DNA of 63,817 nt, the filler included, from an uncultured bacterium (GTDB taxonomy: Bacteria > DAOPZR01), in NCBI GenBank assembly GCA_964637655.1. It is 5 parts of 5 records of this genome, joined end to end, with 100 filler letters (N's around TTAATTAATTAA, not from the genome) between each part and the next. Parts side by side here need not be neighbours in the genome. Positions count along the whole stretch, not along the records: positions 1 to 12,953 come from CAZWUZ010000091.1; positions 13,054 to 25,847 come from CAZWUZ010000092.1; 3 more parts are not named here. The stretch is one strand, 5' to 3'. Of this stretch, positions 8,549-19,300 are shown in pieces. The notes under the pieces are model-generated. The model was not told the origin of the DNA. It did no database searches and saw only the letters and a program-made list of their open reading frames with translations. Positions within the stretch are counted from its first letter, which is position 1; each line of letters opens with the position of its first letter. Position numbers and translations under genes: made by a program.

Positions 8549-9462
8549 GCGCCTGCCAGCGTCCGCTCGCGCCGCTGCCGCAGGCGGAGAATGAAATAGT
8601 CGGCGGCGGCATGCAGCGTCCACGCCGCCTGCCCCAGCGGGGCGAGTGCCGCCTGCGCCGCGGCGATGGCCGCCTCGGCGCGCCGCCCGCTCTCGTCGAG
8701 CCCGAGCAGCGCGGGATAGGTCGCCTTGTTGTTGGCCGCGTCGCTCCCCGCGTCCTTGCCCAGTTCCTCGGTGGTGAGCAGCACATCGAGCAGATCGTCG
8801 ATGATCTGGAAGGCCAGCCCGGCATGCGTGCCAAAGTCGCGCAGCGCCGCCACCTGCGCGTCGCTGCCTCCCCCGAGAATACCGCCGATCTCCGTGCCGG
8901 CGGCGAGCAGTGCCCCCGTCTTGCGCGCATGGATGAACTCGAGCCCGGCGATATCGGTCACCGTGCCGGCGCCCGCCATGTCCGCCGCCTGCCCGCCCAC
9001 CACCCCGTCACCCGCTCCCGCCGCGCGCGCAAAAACCCGCAACGCGTCAAGCACCCGTTCCGCCGGGGCCGGCGTCTGCATGACCAGGTCGAACGCCAGC
9101 GCCTGCAGCCCGTCGCCGGCGAGGATGGCGGTCGGTTCATCAAAGGCCTTGTGGCAGGTGGGGCGCCCGCGGCGCATAGCGTCGTCATCCATCGCCGGCA
9201 GATCGTCATGCACCAGCGTGTAGGCGTGCAGCACCTCGAGGGCACAGGCCGCGGGGAGCAGCGTGTCCGTGGCGCCGCCCACCGCTTCACCCGCGGCGAG
9301 CACGAGCAGCGGACGTACCCGCTTCCCTTCGCCCAGCACCGCGTAGCGCATGGCCGCATGCAGGCGCGCCGGCGGCAGGTCGGCCGCAGGGAGCAGCCGC
9401 TCCAGCGCCGCGTTGACCAGCGCCTGCCGCTCTTTCAGGTAGGAAGCAAACCGTTCGTCCAT
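8545..9462 (-). CDS. ispA: Geranyltranstransferase / polyprenyl synthase
   Basis: GKRVRP, LVHDDLPAMDDDAMRRGRPTCH, KTGAL, FQIIDDLLD; upstream of dxs. Confidence 0.95.
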   Translation of the reverse strand: MDERFASYLKERQALVNAALERLLPAADLPPARLHAAMRYAVLGEGKRVRPLLVLAAGEAVGGATDTLLPAACALEVLHAYTLVHDDLPAMDDDAMRRGRPTCHKAFDEPTAILAGDGLQALAFDLVMQTPAPAERVLDALRVFARAAGAGDGVVGGQAADMAGAGTVTDIAGLEFIHARKTGALLAAGTEIGGILGGGSDAQVAALRDFGTHAGLAFQIIDDLLDVLLTTEELGKDAGSDAANNKATYPALLGLDESGRRAEAAIAAAQAALAPLGQAAWTLHAAADYFILRLRQRRERTLAGA

Positions 9463-9535
9463 CACCGTTCCTGTATCAGCATAGGAATCTACCATACCGC
9501 ACCGTCGCTGACAATCGTGCGTGAATTACATCGCG

Positions 9536-10528
9536 CTACTCTTCGCCCAGCCCGGCACCCTCGACCTGCGCGCAGCGGTCGAGCACCGCGTCCGGCACCG
9601 TCAGGCGCAGCGCCTGCGCCGCGCGGAGATTGGCCCGGATATCAGGCGGGATGGAGAGATTATTCTCGAAGGGGAGGACGCCCGGGTCGTCACCGCGGAT
9701 GACGCGGGCGACCATGTCGGCAAACTGCTTCGCGGCCACCTCGTCATTGTTGGCGCACGAGAGAACCGCGCCACCCAGCGCCCCGCTGACCACCTCGGAC
9801 CAGACCGGGAGGCGCCCGCCCGCGGCGCGCAGGGTGCCAGCCAGCGTCAGGTCGTAGTAGGAATCGGGGAGATGCACGATGCCGTCAATCTCGCGCGCCG
9901 TGAGCGCGGTGGCGGTCAGGGCAATTTCGTTCTGTCCCGCGTAGGGGAGCGCCACCACGTCCAGCCCCTGCGCCTGCGCCGCGGCAATCAGCCCGTCGCG
10001 GTCGCGCTCCGCGTTTGCTTCGCCCTGCAGGTAGAGCACCCCGAGTTTTCGGGTTGCCGGCTGCACCTGCCGCAGCAGTTCGAGCAGCGTCGCGTGCTTG
10101 GGGAGCAGGTACTGCCCGGTGATATGGGGCAGGTGGTCGGTGTCGGAGACACCCGCCCCGAGGACAAACGGGTCGGAAACGATGGCAAACATCTTCTTCG
10201 CCTGCGGCGCGCGCTGCAGCGCGGCGTAGAGCGCCTGCGGCTGGAAGGTGATGAGCAGGTCCGCCTGCGCCGCCGCCGCATCGACCAGTTGCGGCAGGTT
10301 GCTCATCTCACCCTGCGCCGATTTCAGTTCGAGGGTGTAGTCGGTCCCCTGCACGAGTCGATTGGCGGTCAGGCCCTCCACCAGCTGCGTGCGGTAGACC
10401 TCCGTCACGGGAAGATCGGCAAACTGCACGATAACGATTTTCGGCGGCGCGGCACGGCCGGCCGGCGGCGCCGGTGTGCCGCAGCCGGCGAGCGCCAGTA
10501 CCAGCAGCGCACTGAACAAAGTTTTCAT
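9536..10528 (-). CDS. ABC transporter substrate-binding lipoprotein (ABC_sub_bind/DUF534-like)
   Basis: Lipobox LAGC; SAQGEMSNL, VSDPFVLGAG, LGVLY..EAN motifs. Confidence 0.8.
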   Translation of the reverse strand: MKTLFSALLVLALAGCGTPAPPAGRAAPPKIVIVQFADLPVTEVYRTQLVEGLTANRLVQGTDYTLELKSAQGEMSNLPQLVDAAAAQADLLITFQPQALYAALQRAPQAKKMFAIVSDPFVLGAGVSDTDHLPHITGQYLLPKHATLLELLRQVQPATRKLGVLYLQGEANAERDRDGLIAAAQAQGLDVVALPYAGQNEIALTATALTAREIDGIVHLPDSYYDLTLAGTLRAAGGRLPVWSEVVSGALGGAVLSCANNDEVAAKQFADMVARVIRGDDPGVLPFENNLSIPPDIRANLRAAQALRLTVPDAVLDRCAQVEGAGLGEE

Positions 10529-10540
10529 GGGTCTCTCCAG

Positions 10541-11440
10541 TTACGTACCGTCAGCGGCATGTTCCGCCGCGGTGACTACATTGCGCAGCAGCATGGCCAC
10601 GGTGAGCAGCCCGACCCCGCCGGGGACCGGCGTCACCGCGCCCGCGACGCCCTGCAGGCCGGCAAAATCGCAGTCGCCGACGAGACAGGTACCCGACGCC
10701 GCGCCTGCGTCGGGGATGCGGTTCATGCCGACATCGATGACCGTCGCCCCCGGCTTGAGCATGCCCGGGGTGAGCAGGCAGGGTTTTCCCGCCGCAACGA
10801 TGACGATATCGCCCAGGCGGGTCAGCTCCGCGAGGTTGCGCGTCGCGGTATGACAGTGGATGACCGTGGCATCGCCGCAGCCCTTGCGCGCCAGCATGAC
10901 GGCCAGCGGCTTGCCGACAATCAGCGAGCGACCGATAACCACGACCGTCTGCCCGGCAGTGGCGATGCCGTACTGCTGCAGCAGGTGACAGACGCCCGCG
11001 GGGGTGCAGGGGAGGAAACGCGGTGTTTCGCGCAGCAGCAGCCCGAGATTTTCAGGATGGAAACAGTCGGCATCCTTGCGCGGGTCGATACGCTGCGCGA
11101 TTTCCGCTTCCCGCCCGCGCAGCATGTCGGGGAGCGGCAACTGCACGAGCAGCGCATGCACCGCGGTGTCGGCATTGGCCGCGTCGACGGCGGCGAGCAG
11201 TTCAACGCGCGTCGCCGTCGCGGGAAGCGCGACATGGCGCGCGCTGATGCCCAGTTCACCGGCTTTTTTCAGTTTGTTGCGGACGTAGACCGCGGAAGCG
11301 GGATCGTCGCCCGCGCTGATAACCACAAGACCCGGAACAACGCCGCGCGCGCGCAGGGCTGCGACGCGCTGGGCGGTGGCAGCATTGAGTTCCGCCGCGG
11401 GCGCATCGCCGCGCAGGCAGCGGGTGACAGGCATGTTCAT
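10541..11440 (-). CDS. folD: Methylene-THF dehydrogenase/cyclohydrolase
   Basis: GDDPASAVYVRNK, LVQLPLP, KDADCFHPENLG, PCTPAG, GRSLIVGKP, TPVPGGVG. Confidence 0.96.
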   Translation of the reverse strand: MNMPVTRCLRGDAPAAELNAATAQRVAALRARGVVPGLVVISAGDDPASAVYVRNKLKKAGELGISARHVALPATATRVELLAAVDAANADTAVHALLVQLPLPDMLRGREAEIAQRIDPRKDADCFHPENLGLLLRETPRFLPCTPAGVCHLLQQYGIATAGQTVVVIGRSLIVGKPLAVMLARKGCGDATVIHCHTATRNLAELTRLGDIVIVAAGKPCLLTPGMLKPGATVIDVGMNRIPDAGAASGTCLVGDCDFAGLQGVAGAVTPVPGGVGLLTVAMLLRNVVTAAEHAADGT

Positions 11441-11450
11441 CGGCAGCCGC

Positions 11451-11714
11451 TTACTGCTTGGGGAACACGAGCATCTTGATGGCGGTTTTTTCCCTGCCCT
11501 CGATATCGAGGTCGACAAAACCCGGGACACAGACGAGGTCGATGCCGTTGCAGGCGACAAACCCGCGGGCGATGGCGATGGCCTTGACCATCTGGTTGAC
11601 CGCACCCGCCCCGATGGCCTGCAGTTCGACCTTGCCCTCCTCCTTGAGGAAGCCCGCGATGGCTCCCGCCACCGACGTGGCGCTCGACTTCGTCGAGACC
11701 TTGAGCAGCGCCAT
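11451..11714 (-). CDS. spoVS: SpoVS-family small protein
   Basis: LKVSTKS...SVAGAIAG...QAIGAGAVNQMVKAIAIARGF; GGAGG RBS. Confidence 0.93.
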   Translation of the reverse strand: MALLKVSTKSSATSVAGAIAGFLKEEGKVELQAIGAGAVNQMVKAIAIARGFVACNGIDLVCVPGFVDLDIEGREKTAIKMLVFPKQ

Positions 11715-11716
11715 AG

Positions 11717-12517
11717 TCATCCTCCCTGTGCCGCGTATTCTTCGTTCAGCCGCTGCAGTTCCCGCACCCGGCCTGTCGCCGCGTCCACTGCAAGCAGCAG
11801 GCCGTTGAACACACACGGCCCTTCCGCCACTTCGTACTTGACCGGCATCCCGGTCAGCGCGCGGTGCAGCGGCTGCTCCGGCTTGATGCCGATGATGCTG
11901 TCACGCGGCCCGGTCATGCCGACATCGGTGATGAACGCCGTGCCGCGCGGCAGCAGCCGCTCGTCCGCCGTCTGCACATGCGTGTGCGTGCCGATAACCG
12001 CGCTGACGCGCCCGTCGGCATACCACGCGAGCATCCCCTTCTCCGCCGTCGCCTCGGCGTGATAATCGACGATCTTCACCGGGGCCGCCGCCACCGCCGG
12101 GTCGAGCAGGATGCGGTCGAGCGTCTGCAGCGGGCAGTCGCACGGTTCCATGAAGGCACGCCCGAGCAGGTTGATGACCGCGACGCGCAGTCCCGCCTTG
12201 TCGAACACCGTCCAGCCGCGCCCGACGGCGCCGGGCGGATAATTCGCCGGGCGCAGCAGCCGTTCCTCGCCCGCCTGCAGCAGCGGCACAATCTCCTTGC
12301 GGTGCCAGACGTGATTGCCGGTGGTCACCACGTCCGCCCCGAGTTCGCGCAGGTCAGCGTACAGTTTCGGGGTGATGCCCAGTCCCGCCGCGGCATTCTC
12401 GCCGTTGACGATGACGACGTCGGCGGGGTGCGCCGCCAGCAGCTGCTGCAGGCAGCGCCGCCCCGCCCCGCCGATAACGTCACCGACGAAGAGTACGCGC
12501 CGCAGCGCGTCGCTCAC
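11717..12517 (-). CDS. ymdB: YmdB (TIGR00282) metallophosphodiesterase
   Basis: [51 protein letters not shown]; lies between rny and spoVS. Confidence 0.95.
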   Translation of the reverse strand: MSDALRRVLFVGDVIGGAGRRCLQQLLAAHPADVVIVNGENAAAGLGITPKLYADLRELGADVVTTGNHVWHRKEIVPLLQAGEERLLRPANYPPGAVGRGWTVFDKAGLRVAVINLLGRAFMEPCDCPLQTLDRILLDPAVAAAPVKIVDYHAEATAEKGMLAWYADGRVSAVIGTHTHVQTADERLLPRGTAFITDVGMTGPRDSIIGIKPEQPLHRALTGMPVKYEVAEGPCVFNGLLLAVDAATGRVRELQRLNEEYAAQGG

Positions 12518-12953
12518 TTGGCGTACTCGACGACGCGGAACTCGCGGATGACCGTCACCTTGATCTGGCCGGGATAGTCGACTTCCTTCTCGATGCGCCC
12601 GGCCAGTTCCCGTGCCAGCACTTCCGTGTCGCTGTCCTTGAGCTGCTCGGCATGCACCATGACGCGCAGTTCACGCCCCGCCTGGATGGCAAACGACTTT
12701 TCCACGCCCTTGAACGACTCGGAGAGTTTCTCGAGCTTCTCGAGGCGCTTGATGTAGTTCTGCACGTTCTCGCGGCGCGCGCCCGGGCGGGCGGCGCTGA
12801 TGGCGTCCGCCGCCTGCACCAGCACCCCCTCGACGGTCTTGAGCTCGACCTCGGCATGGTGGCCGGCGATGCCGTTGACCACCGCCTCGGGCTCCCCCGC
12901 CTTCTGCGCCAGTTCGGCGCCGAGCGAGGCATGCGACCCCTCGTTCTCCTGGT
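12514..12953 (-). CDS. rny: Ribonuclease Y, C-terminal part (5' end truncated by contig end)
   Basis: [44 protein letters not shown]. Confidence 0.95.
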
Positions 12954-13053
12954 NNNNNNNNNNNNNNNNNNNNNNNNNNNNNNNNNNNNNNNNNNNNTTA
13001 ATTAATTAANNNNNNNNNNNNNNNNNNNNNNNNNNNNNNNNNNNNNNNNNNNN
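12954..13053. other. Assembly spacer / contig junction
   Basis: N run with a central TTAATTAATTAA six-frame stop linker. Confidence 0.98.
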
Positions 13054-13098
13054 ACCCTCACCCCTCCCTCTCCCACTGCAGGCAGCGGGAGAGGGTGA
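13054..13098. repeat. REP-like palindromic element at contig start
   Basis: CCCTCACCCCTCCCTCTCCC-actgcaggcagc-GGGAGAGGG; same family as the insertions in addB, in opposite orientation. Confidence 0.75.
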
Positions 13099-13120
13099 AT
13101 AGTTGCCAATGGAGCGAAAC

Positions 13121-16100
13121 ATGGCACACACAGGGAAAGACAGACCTGCACACAAAACGGTTGCACCGGCTGACACGCTGCCGTTTATCGTCTGTTCCGC
13201 CTCCGCGGGCTCAGGCAAGACCTATACGCTGGTCAAGGAGTACCTGAAACTGGTCATCGCCAACCCGGGCAAGCACAATAATATCCTCGCCATCACCTTC
13301 ACCAATAAGGCGGCGGGCGAGATGAAAGAACGCATTGTCGCGCGCCTCAAAGCGATGGCCGCAGGCAAGGATCCCGACCTGCTCAAGGCCATTGCCGCCG
13401 AGACCGGCATCCCCGCTGCTACCGTGCGGGCGCGCGTCCCTGCGGTCCTTTCGACCATCCTCCACAAATACTCCGATTTCGCGGTGATGACTATCGACAG
13501 TTTCATCTACCGCGTCGTGCGCTCGTTTGCCGTGGAACTCAACCTGCCGCTCAATGCGCAGGTGGAACTCAACATCCCCGCCATTACCCGCACCGCGGTC
13601 GATTCGCTCATTGCGCTGTGCGGCAAGGACGTGCAGGTGCAGCAGTTCCTCGTCGATTTCGTCCTGCGCCGGCTCGATGAGGGCGGAAGCTGGAATATCG
13701 AGGGCGACCTGCAGAAATTCGCGCAGGAACTCTTCCGCGAGAAGAGCCACGAGCATCTGCATACGCTTGCCGGTGTCGATTTCACCGCTGCCGTTGCCGA
13801 CCTTGCCGCACAGCGCGGTACCGCCATGGCCGCCCTGAAGAGTATCGCGCAGGAAGCGCAGCTCTTCTATGAAGCCCACGGGCACTTGTTCAAGGACAAG
13901 AGCCGCAGCGGGCCGGCCACCATGGCCAAATTCGCCGATGCTGATGATGCCAAGCGCATCGCCACCCTGCTGGAGCAGCTGGCGGGGAAGGACTTCGCCC
14001 CGGGGAAGAGCGCCGACACCTCATTTGCCGCGGCATTTACCGGCGCACATGAACTGCGCGACCGTCTGCTCGCGGCGGCGCAGACATACCTGACCCTCGC
14101 GCATATCGATCAGTTCATCTATGCCATGGCGCTGCTCGGCAAGCTCACCGCGCTGGTGGATGCCTACTGCCGCGAGGCGGCCGTCGTTCCCATCGCTGAT
14201 TTCAATCGCCTCGTTGCCACCATCATCCGCGACGAGTTCATCCCCTTCATCTACTGGCGCGTGGGTGAAAAATACGAGCATTACCTCATCGATGAGTTCC
14301 AGGACACCTCGCAGCTGCAGTGGCACAATCTCCTTCCGCTCATCGACAATGCCCTTGCCACCGGCCGGCGCAATCTCGTCGTGGGCGATCCCAAGCAGGC
14401 GATCTACCGCTGGCGCAGCGGCGATGCCACCATCATGGTTGAAGGCATCCCGCAGCATTTCGCCAACCGCCAGCAGAACGAGCAGCTCGCCACCAACCGC
14501 CGCTCGCTCCCGGCCGTCATCCGCTTCAATAACGCCTTTTTCGCTGCCGCCGCGCAGGCCTGTGCGGACGCGCCGCCGCTGCTGCGCGAGATCTACCGCG
14601 CGGAAGCCGTCACCCAGCAATCGCACCGCACCGGCGACGGCTACATTGAACTGCAGCTTCTCCCCAGGACCGGCGGCGAGCCGCTCCGCTGGCTGGTTGA
14701 GAACATCAAGAGTATCCTTGCCGGCGACAGCGGCTATACGGCCGGCGATATCGCCGTACTGGTGCGCACGCGCGACCATGGCGTGCAGGTTGCCGACGCG
14801 CTCTTTGCCGCGAATATCCCCGTTCTCTCTTCCGAGGCGCTGCTGCTGGGCGCGCAGCCCGTGGTCGTCTTTCTCGTCAATGCCCTGCGCCATCTCGTCA
14901 CCTCGAGCTATATCGAACTGGCGGCGCTCATCCTCTTCCATCGCACGCGCAGCCGCGATACCGCGACCGTCGCCGCCGAGTTGGCCGCCGCGCGGGCCGA
15001 GGGGAGTGCGGCGCTGCTGCAACTCCTCCCGGAGGACTATGCCGACCGTCAGGGTCAGCTGCGCCGCCGTCCGCTCTACGAGGTGGCGGAGGAACTCATC
15101 CGCATCTTCGACCTCGCTGCCGCGCCGGGCGACCATGCCGCGCTGCAGGGGTTCCTCGATGTCGTCCATACCTACGCCACGCGCGAGGGGAGCGATATCG
15201 CCCGTTTCCTCGAATGGTGGGAAGCCAAGAACGAAGATGCACCGCCCGCGCTGCAGGCGCCGGCCGGGAGCGATGCCGTCACCGTCCTCACCATCCACAA
15301 AGCCAAGGGGCTGGAGTTCCCGGTCGTCTGCATCCCCTTTGCCGGCTGGGAACTCGAGGCCAAGACCGGCACCACCGGCTCTGCGGAATGGCTGGCGGCA
15401 GCTGACGGCGCACCTGCGGTTGCCGGGCTTGCCGCCCCGTACCTCGTGCAGCCGAAAAAGTACAGCACCCCGCACAGCCATTTCGCCGCAGCGTTTGCCG
15501 CCGAGAATCAGCAGGCGCTGCTCGATAATCTCAACCTGCTCTATGTCGCCTTTACCCGCGCGGGCGAGCGCCTCTATGTTGCCGCGCCGGTGCTCAACAA
15601 GGAGAATGCCGTTCCCGAACGCCTCGAGATGAAGAGTGCGGGCGAGCTCATTGCCGCCGCCTGTCCCCTGCTGGCTGATGCCGGCATACTCACTGAGAGT
15701 GAGCCGCATCGCTGGGTGTCAGGCACACCGCAGCCGCGCAGCGGGGCGAAGAAAAGCGTTGCCGCCGCGACCGCACTGGAGTTCATCTCCGGCCAGTGGC
15801 GCAACCGCCTCCTTATCCGCCGCCGTGCCGGCAATCTCTGGCGGCTTGACGATCCGCAGGCTGCGGCTGCGGTCGAGCGCGGCACGCTGCTGCATACGCT
15901 TCTCGATCTGCTCCGCGGTAATGACACTGCCGCCGTAGCCGCAGCGGTTGAAGCTGCCGTGCGCCGCGGTCTTCTCCCTGCCGCTGAACGTGAAACATGG
16001 CAGCAGCACCTGCAGCAGGCGCTGACGCTCACTGATGGTTCTGTCACCCTTTGCGACTGGTTCGCGCCGGGCATCACCGTCCTGCACGAGCGCCCGCTCC

Positions 16101-16318
16101 TCACCGCCACCGAGACGTTGCGTCCCGACCGCGTCGTTATCAGCGGCAACACCGCCACCGTCATCGATTACAAGACGGGTATGCCCGATGCCGCCAAGCG
16201 CAAGGCCTATTACAAGCAGATACGCGAGTACGGTGCGCTCCTCGCGCAGATGGGGCATACCGTAAAACTCTACCTTGCCTGGCTCGATGCCAGCGAACTT
16301 GAGGAGGTTTCCGCATGA
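13121..16318 (+). CDS. addA: AddA-like UvrD helicase with C-terminal PD-(D/E)XK nuclease
   Basis: SASAGSGKTY, LAITFTNKAAGEMKERI, IDEFQDTS, VGDPKQAIYRWR, LTIHKAKGLEF, LYVAFTRA, RPDRV...IDYKTG. Start is uncertain (13103-13121). Confidence 0.92.
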   Translation: MAHTGKDRPAHKTVAPADTLPFIVCSASAGSGKTYTLVKEYLKLVIANPGKHNNILAITFTNKAAGEMKERIVARLKAMAAGKDPDLLKAIAAETGIPAATVRARVPAVLSTILHKYSDFAVMTIDSFIYRVVRSFAVELNLPLNAQVELNIPAITRTAVDSLIALCGKDVQVQQFLVDFVLRRLDEGGSWNIEGDLQKFAQELFREKSHEHLHTLAGVDFTAAVADLAAQRGTAMAALKSIAQEAQLFYEAHGHLFKDKSRSGPATMAKFADADDAKRIATLLEQLAGKDFAPGKSADTSFAAAFTGAHELRDRLLAAAQTYLTLAHIDQFIYAMALLGKLTALVDAYCREAAVVPIADFNRLVATIIRDEFIPFIYWRVGEKYEHYLIDEFQDTSQLQWHNLLPLIDNALATGRRNLVVGDPKQAIYRWRSGDATIMVEGIPQHFANRQQNEQLATNRRSLPAVIRFNNAFFAAAAQACADAPPLLREIYRAEAVTQQSHRTGDGYIELQLLPRTGGEPLRWLVENIKSILAGDSGYTAGDIAVLVRTRDHGVQVADALFAANIPVLSSEALLLGAQPVVVFLVNALRHLVTSSYIELAALILFHRTRSRDTATVAAELAAARAEGSAALLQLLPEDYADRQGQLRRRPLYEVAEELIRIFDLAAAPGDHAALQGFLDVVHTYATREGSDIARFLEWWEAKNEDAPPALQAPAGSDAVTVLTIHKAKGLEFPVVCIPFAGWELEAKTGTTGSAEWLAAADGAPAVAGLAAPYLVQPKKYSTPHSHFAAAFAAENQQALLDNLNLLYVAFTRAGERLYVAAPVLNKENAVPERLEMKSAGELIAAACPLLADAGILTESEPHRWVSGTPQPRSGAKKSVAAATALEFISGQWRNRLLIRRRAGNLWRLDDPQAAAAVERGTLLHTLLDLLRGNDTAAVAAAVEAAVRRGLLPAAERETWQQHLQQALTLTDGSVTLCDWFAPGITVLHERPLLTATETLRPDRVVISGNTATVIDYKTGMPDAAKRKAYYKQIREYGALLAQMGHTVKLYLAWLDASELEEVSA

Positions 16319-19300
16319 ACTTCCTCGAGCGCATTGTCGATGACCTGGTCAAGCGCGGCATACAGCTGCGCGACTGCGCTGCCGTCTTCCCGTCGCGCCG
16401 CGCCGGCGTCCATTTCCGCGAGGCGCTGCGCCGTCATCCCGGGGTGCAGAAGCCGCTCTTCTCGCCCGCCGTCTATTCCATCGAGGAATTCATCAGCGAA
16501 CTCTCCGGCACCGCTGCCGCCGATCCGCTGGCGCTCGTCTTCCGCCTCTACGGCGACTATTGTCAGGTCGCATCCGCTGCTGCGTGTTCCCCCTCTCCCG
16601 CCACGGCGGGAGAGGAAGGTGCGCAGCACCAGGTGAGGGTGAAATCATTCGCCGAATTCTACCAGTGGGGTCGCACCATCCTCACCGATTTCGACGAGAT
16701 CGACCAGTACCTCATCGATACGAATCAGCTCTTCGCCAATCTCCGCGCCATCTCCCAACTGGAGAACTACGCTGCGGACACCACTGAGGCGGAACGCGTG
16801 CGCGACCGCATCCAGCGCGACGATACGCATCGCGCCTATCTCGACTTTGCCGGGCTGCTGCAACCGCTCTATGCGCGTTTCACCGCCGGTATTGATCGTG
16901 ACGGACTTGCCTACTACGGGCGTGCGCTGCGCCGCACTGCCGGCCTGATCGCTGCCGAGCCGCAACTGCTGCAACGCTGGTCGCATATCGTCTTTGCCGG
17001 TTTCAATGCCCTCACCACGGGCGAGGAACAGGTCATCAATGCCGCCCTCAAAACAGGCAATGCCGGCATCTACTGGGATATGGACCGCTATTTCGCGGAT
17101 GATCCCGCCCACGAAGCGGGCGTCTTCTTCCGCAATTCCGGTATTGTGTACCCCTCCTCTCCGGCCTCCCCCTCTCCCGCCGGGGCGGGAGAGGAAGGCG
17201 CGAAGCGCCAGGTGAGGGGGGAAAGTATCAATTGGCTGGAAGAGCGTATCGCCACTGACCCGAAGCAGGTCAAGGTTACCGGTGCCGCGGGGAATGTCAC
17301 CCAGGCCAAGCTCTGCGGCAGCATACTTGCCGAACATCTGCAGGCGGGTGCCGTGCCCGAGACCTGCGCCGTGGTGCTGGCGGACGAAAACCTGCTCATG
17401 CCGGTGCTGCATGCCCTGCCGGACGGTGTCAGTTCCGTCAACGTCACCATGGGCTTCCCGCTGCGTCATACCCCCGTCTACACCTTCATCGCCGCGCTCA
17501 TCGAACTGCACGAGAACCGCCGCCGCCTCGAGCTGGACAATACCTGCTATTACCGCGATGCGGAGAACATACTGCTGCATCCCTATCTGCGCTCGCTGAC
17601 CTGGCCGGTCGGCTACGAGCTGGTCAATACCATCCGCAAGGAGAACCTGATCCACGTTCCGCAGGCGCTCTTTGCCGATTGCGGGAACGCGCTTATCAGC
17701 GATATCTTCACCCGCACGCCGCAAAGCGCCGACGATTTCCTCGCCTACCTGCTGCACCTTTTCCACGCCATGAAGGCAGGCATGCAGCAGAATGATTCTA
17801 ATACCCCCTTCTCCCCCCCCGGGGGAGAAGGCAGGGATGAGGGGGCGGTGCCCGCGTCCAAAAAACGCTCCACCCCGATCGATTTCGAGTACCTCTATGC
17901 CGCGTGGACGCTCCTCATCCGCCTGCGCGATATACTCGCCGCCGCGCCGGTGCAGCTCGATCCCGCCTCATTCCGCCGCGTGCTGCGCGAGATACTCGCT
18001 TCTGCCTCCATCCCCTTCACCGGCGAGCCGCTTGAGGGGGTGCAGATCATGGGCGTGCTCGAGACGCGCGCCATCGATTTCGATCGCGTGATCATCCTGT
18101 CGCTCAATGAGGGGGTATTCCCTGCCGGCAAGGGTGAGAACTCGCTTATTCCCTACGATGTACGCAAAGCGGTGGGGCTCCCCACCTACGAGCAGCGCGA
18201 CGCCATCTACGCCTATCATTTCTACCGGCTCTTCACCCGCGCCGGGCGCATCGACCTGCTCTACAATACCGAGACGACGAGCGAGATCGGCAAGGCGGGG
18301 CGCAGCCGCTTCATCGAGCAGGTGCTCTGCGAACTGCCTGCACGCAATCCGAACGCGGTTGTCACCGACACCGTCCGTGCGCTGCAGCCGGAATTCCGTC
18401 AGCGCGCGCCGCTGGCCATACCCAAGACACCGGAACTGCTTGAGAAACTGGCGCAGCGCGAGTTTTCCGCCTCCGCGCTCAATACGTACATCCAATGCCC
18501 GCTGAAGTTCTACTTCCGCTACGGGCTCGATCTGCGCGAGCCGAACGCCGTCATTGAGAGCGCCGAGCAGTCGACCTTCGGCATTGTTGTTCACCAGGTG
18601 CTGCAGGATATCTACCACCCGTTCATCGGCAAGCCGACAACGAAGGAGGCGCTGCTTGCCGTCATCCCGCGCCTCCCCAAAGCCATCGCTGCCGCCTATG
18701 GCGAAGTGTTGAAGCATAGCGAGCTGACCGGCAAGAATCTCCTTCTCGCCAATGTGGCCGAGTATCTGCTGGATAAGTTCCTGCGTGCCGAAGCCGATGA
18801 TCCCGGTCATATCCTCCACGGCACCGAACTGTCAGTGGAGAGCGTTCCGTTCACCTTCACGATAGACGGAAAGCCGCGCACGGTAAAGCTGCACGGCACC
18901 ATCGACCGCATCGATGAGCGTGACAACCACATCCGCATCATCGATTACAAGACGGGCAACATTGGTTCGCTCTCCCTCGCCCTGCCCGACGATCCCGCCG
19001 CCGTGCCGGGCACCGAGGAGACACTTGCCCTCTTTGCGAATCGTTCCGAGGTCTTTCAGTTGTTGTTCTATTATCAGCTAGTGCAGTCACTCCCCGCCTG
19101 CGCGGGGAAGGATACCCAATTGTCGCTCTACGCCTTCCGCACCGGCGAATTCGTGTCCGTCCGCCCCTCTCGCGGCGAGCCGTATACGCTCACCGCCGCC
19201 CATCAGCCCGTCGTCGCGGCCTTCCTCACCCGCGTCTTCACTCACCTCTTCGACGCTGGCCTCTCCTTCACTCCCTGTCCCGACCGCAAATCCTGTGCGT

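Noticed and set aside
6671-11479. Long ORFs antisense to real genes (6671-8098, 8611-9702, 9521-11479; likewise 14021-15709, 40533-42671, 47666-49846, 57949-58761)
   Set aside because: These are shadow frames typical of high-GC coding DNA. They have no motifs and lie opposite well-supported genes.
12954-13053. TTAATTAATTAA motif recurring about every 12.8 kb (also 25848, 38692, 51421)
   Set aside because: It is an artificial six-frame-stop linker inside N spacers, and the periodicity reflects size-sorted contigs. No cross-gap gene clusters were inferred.
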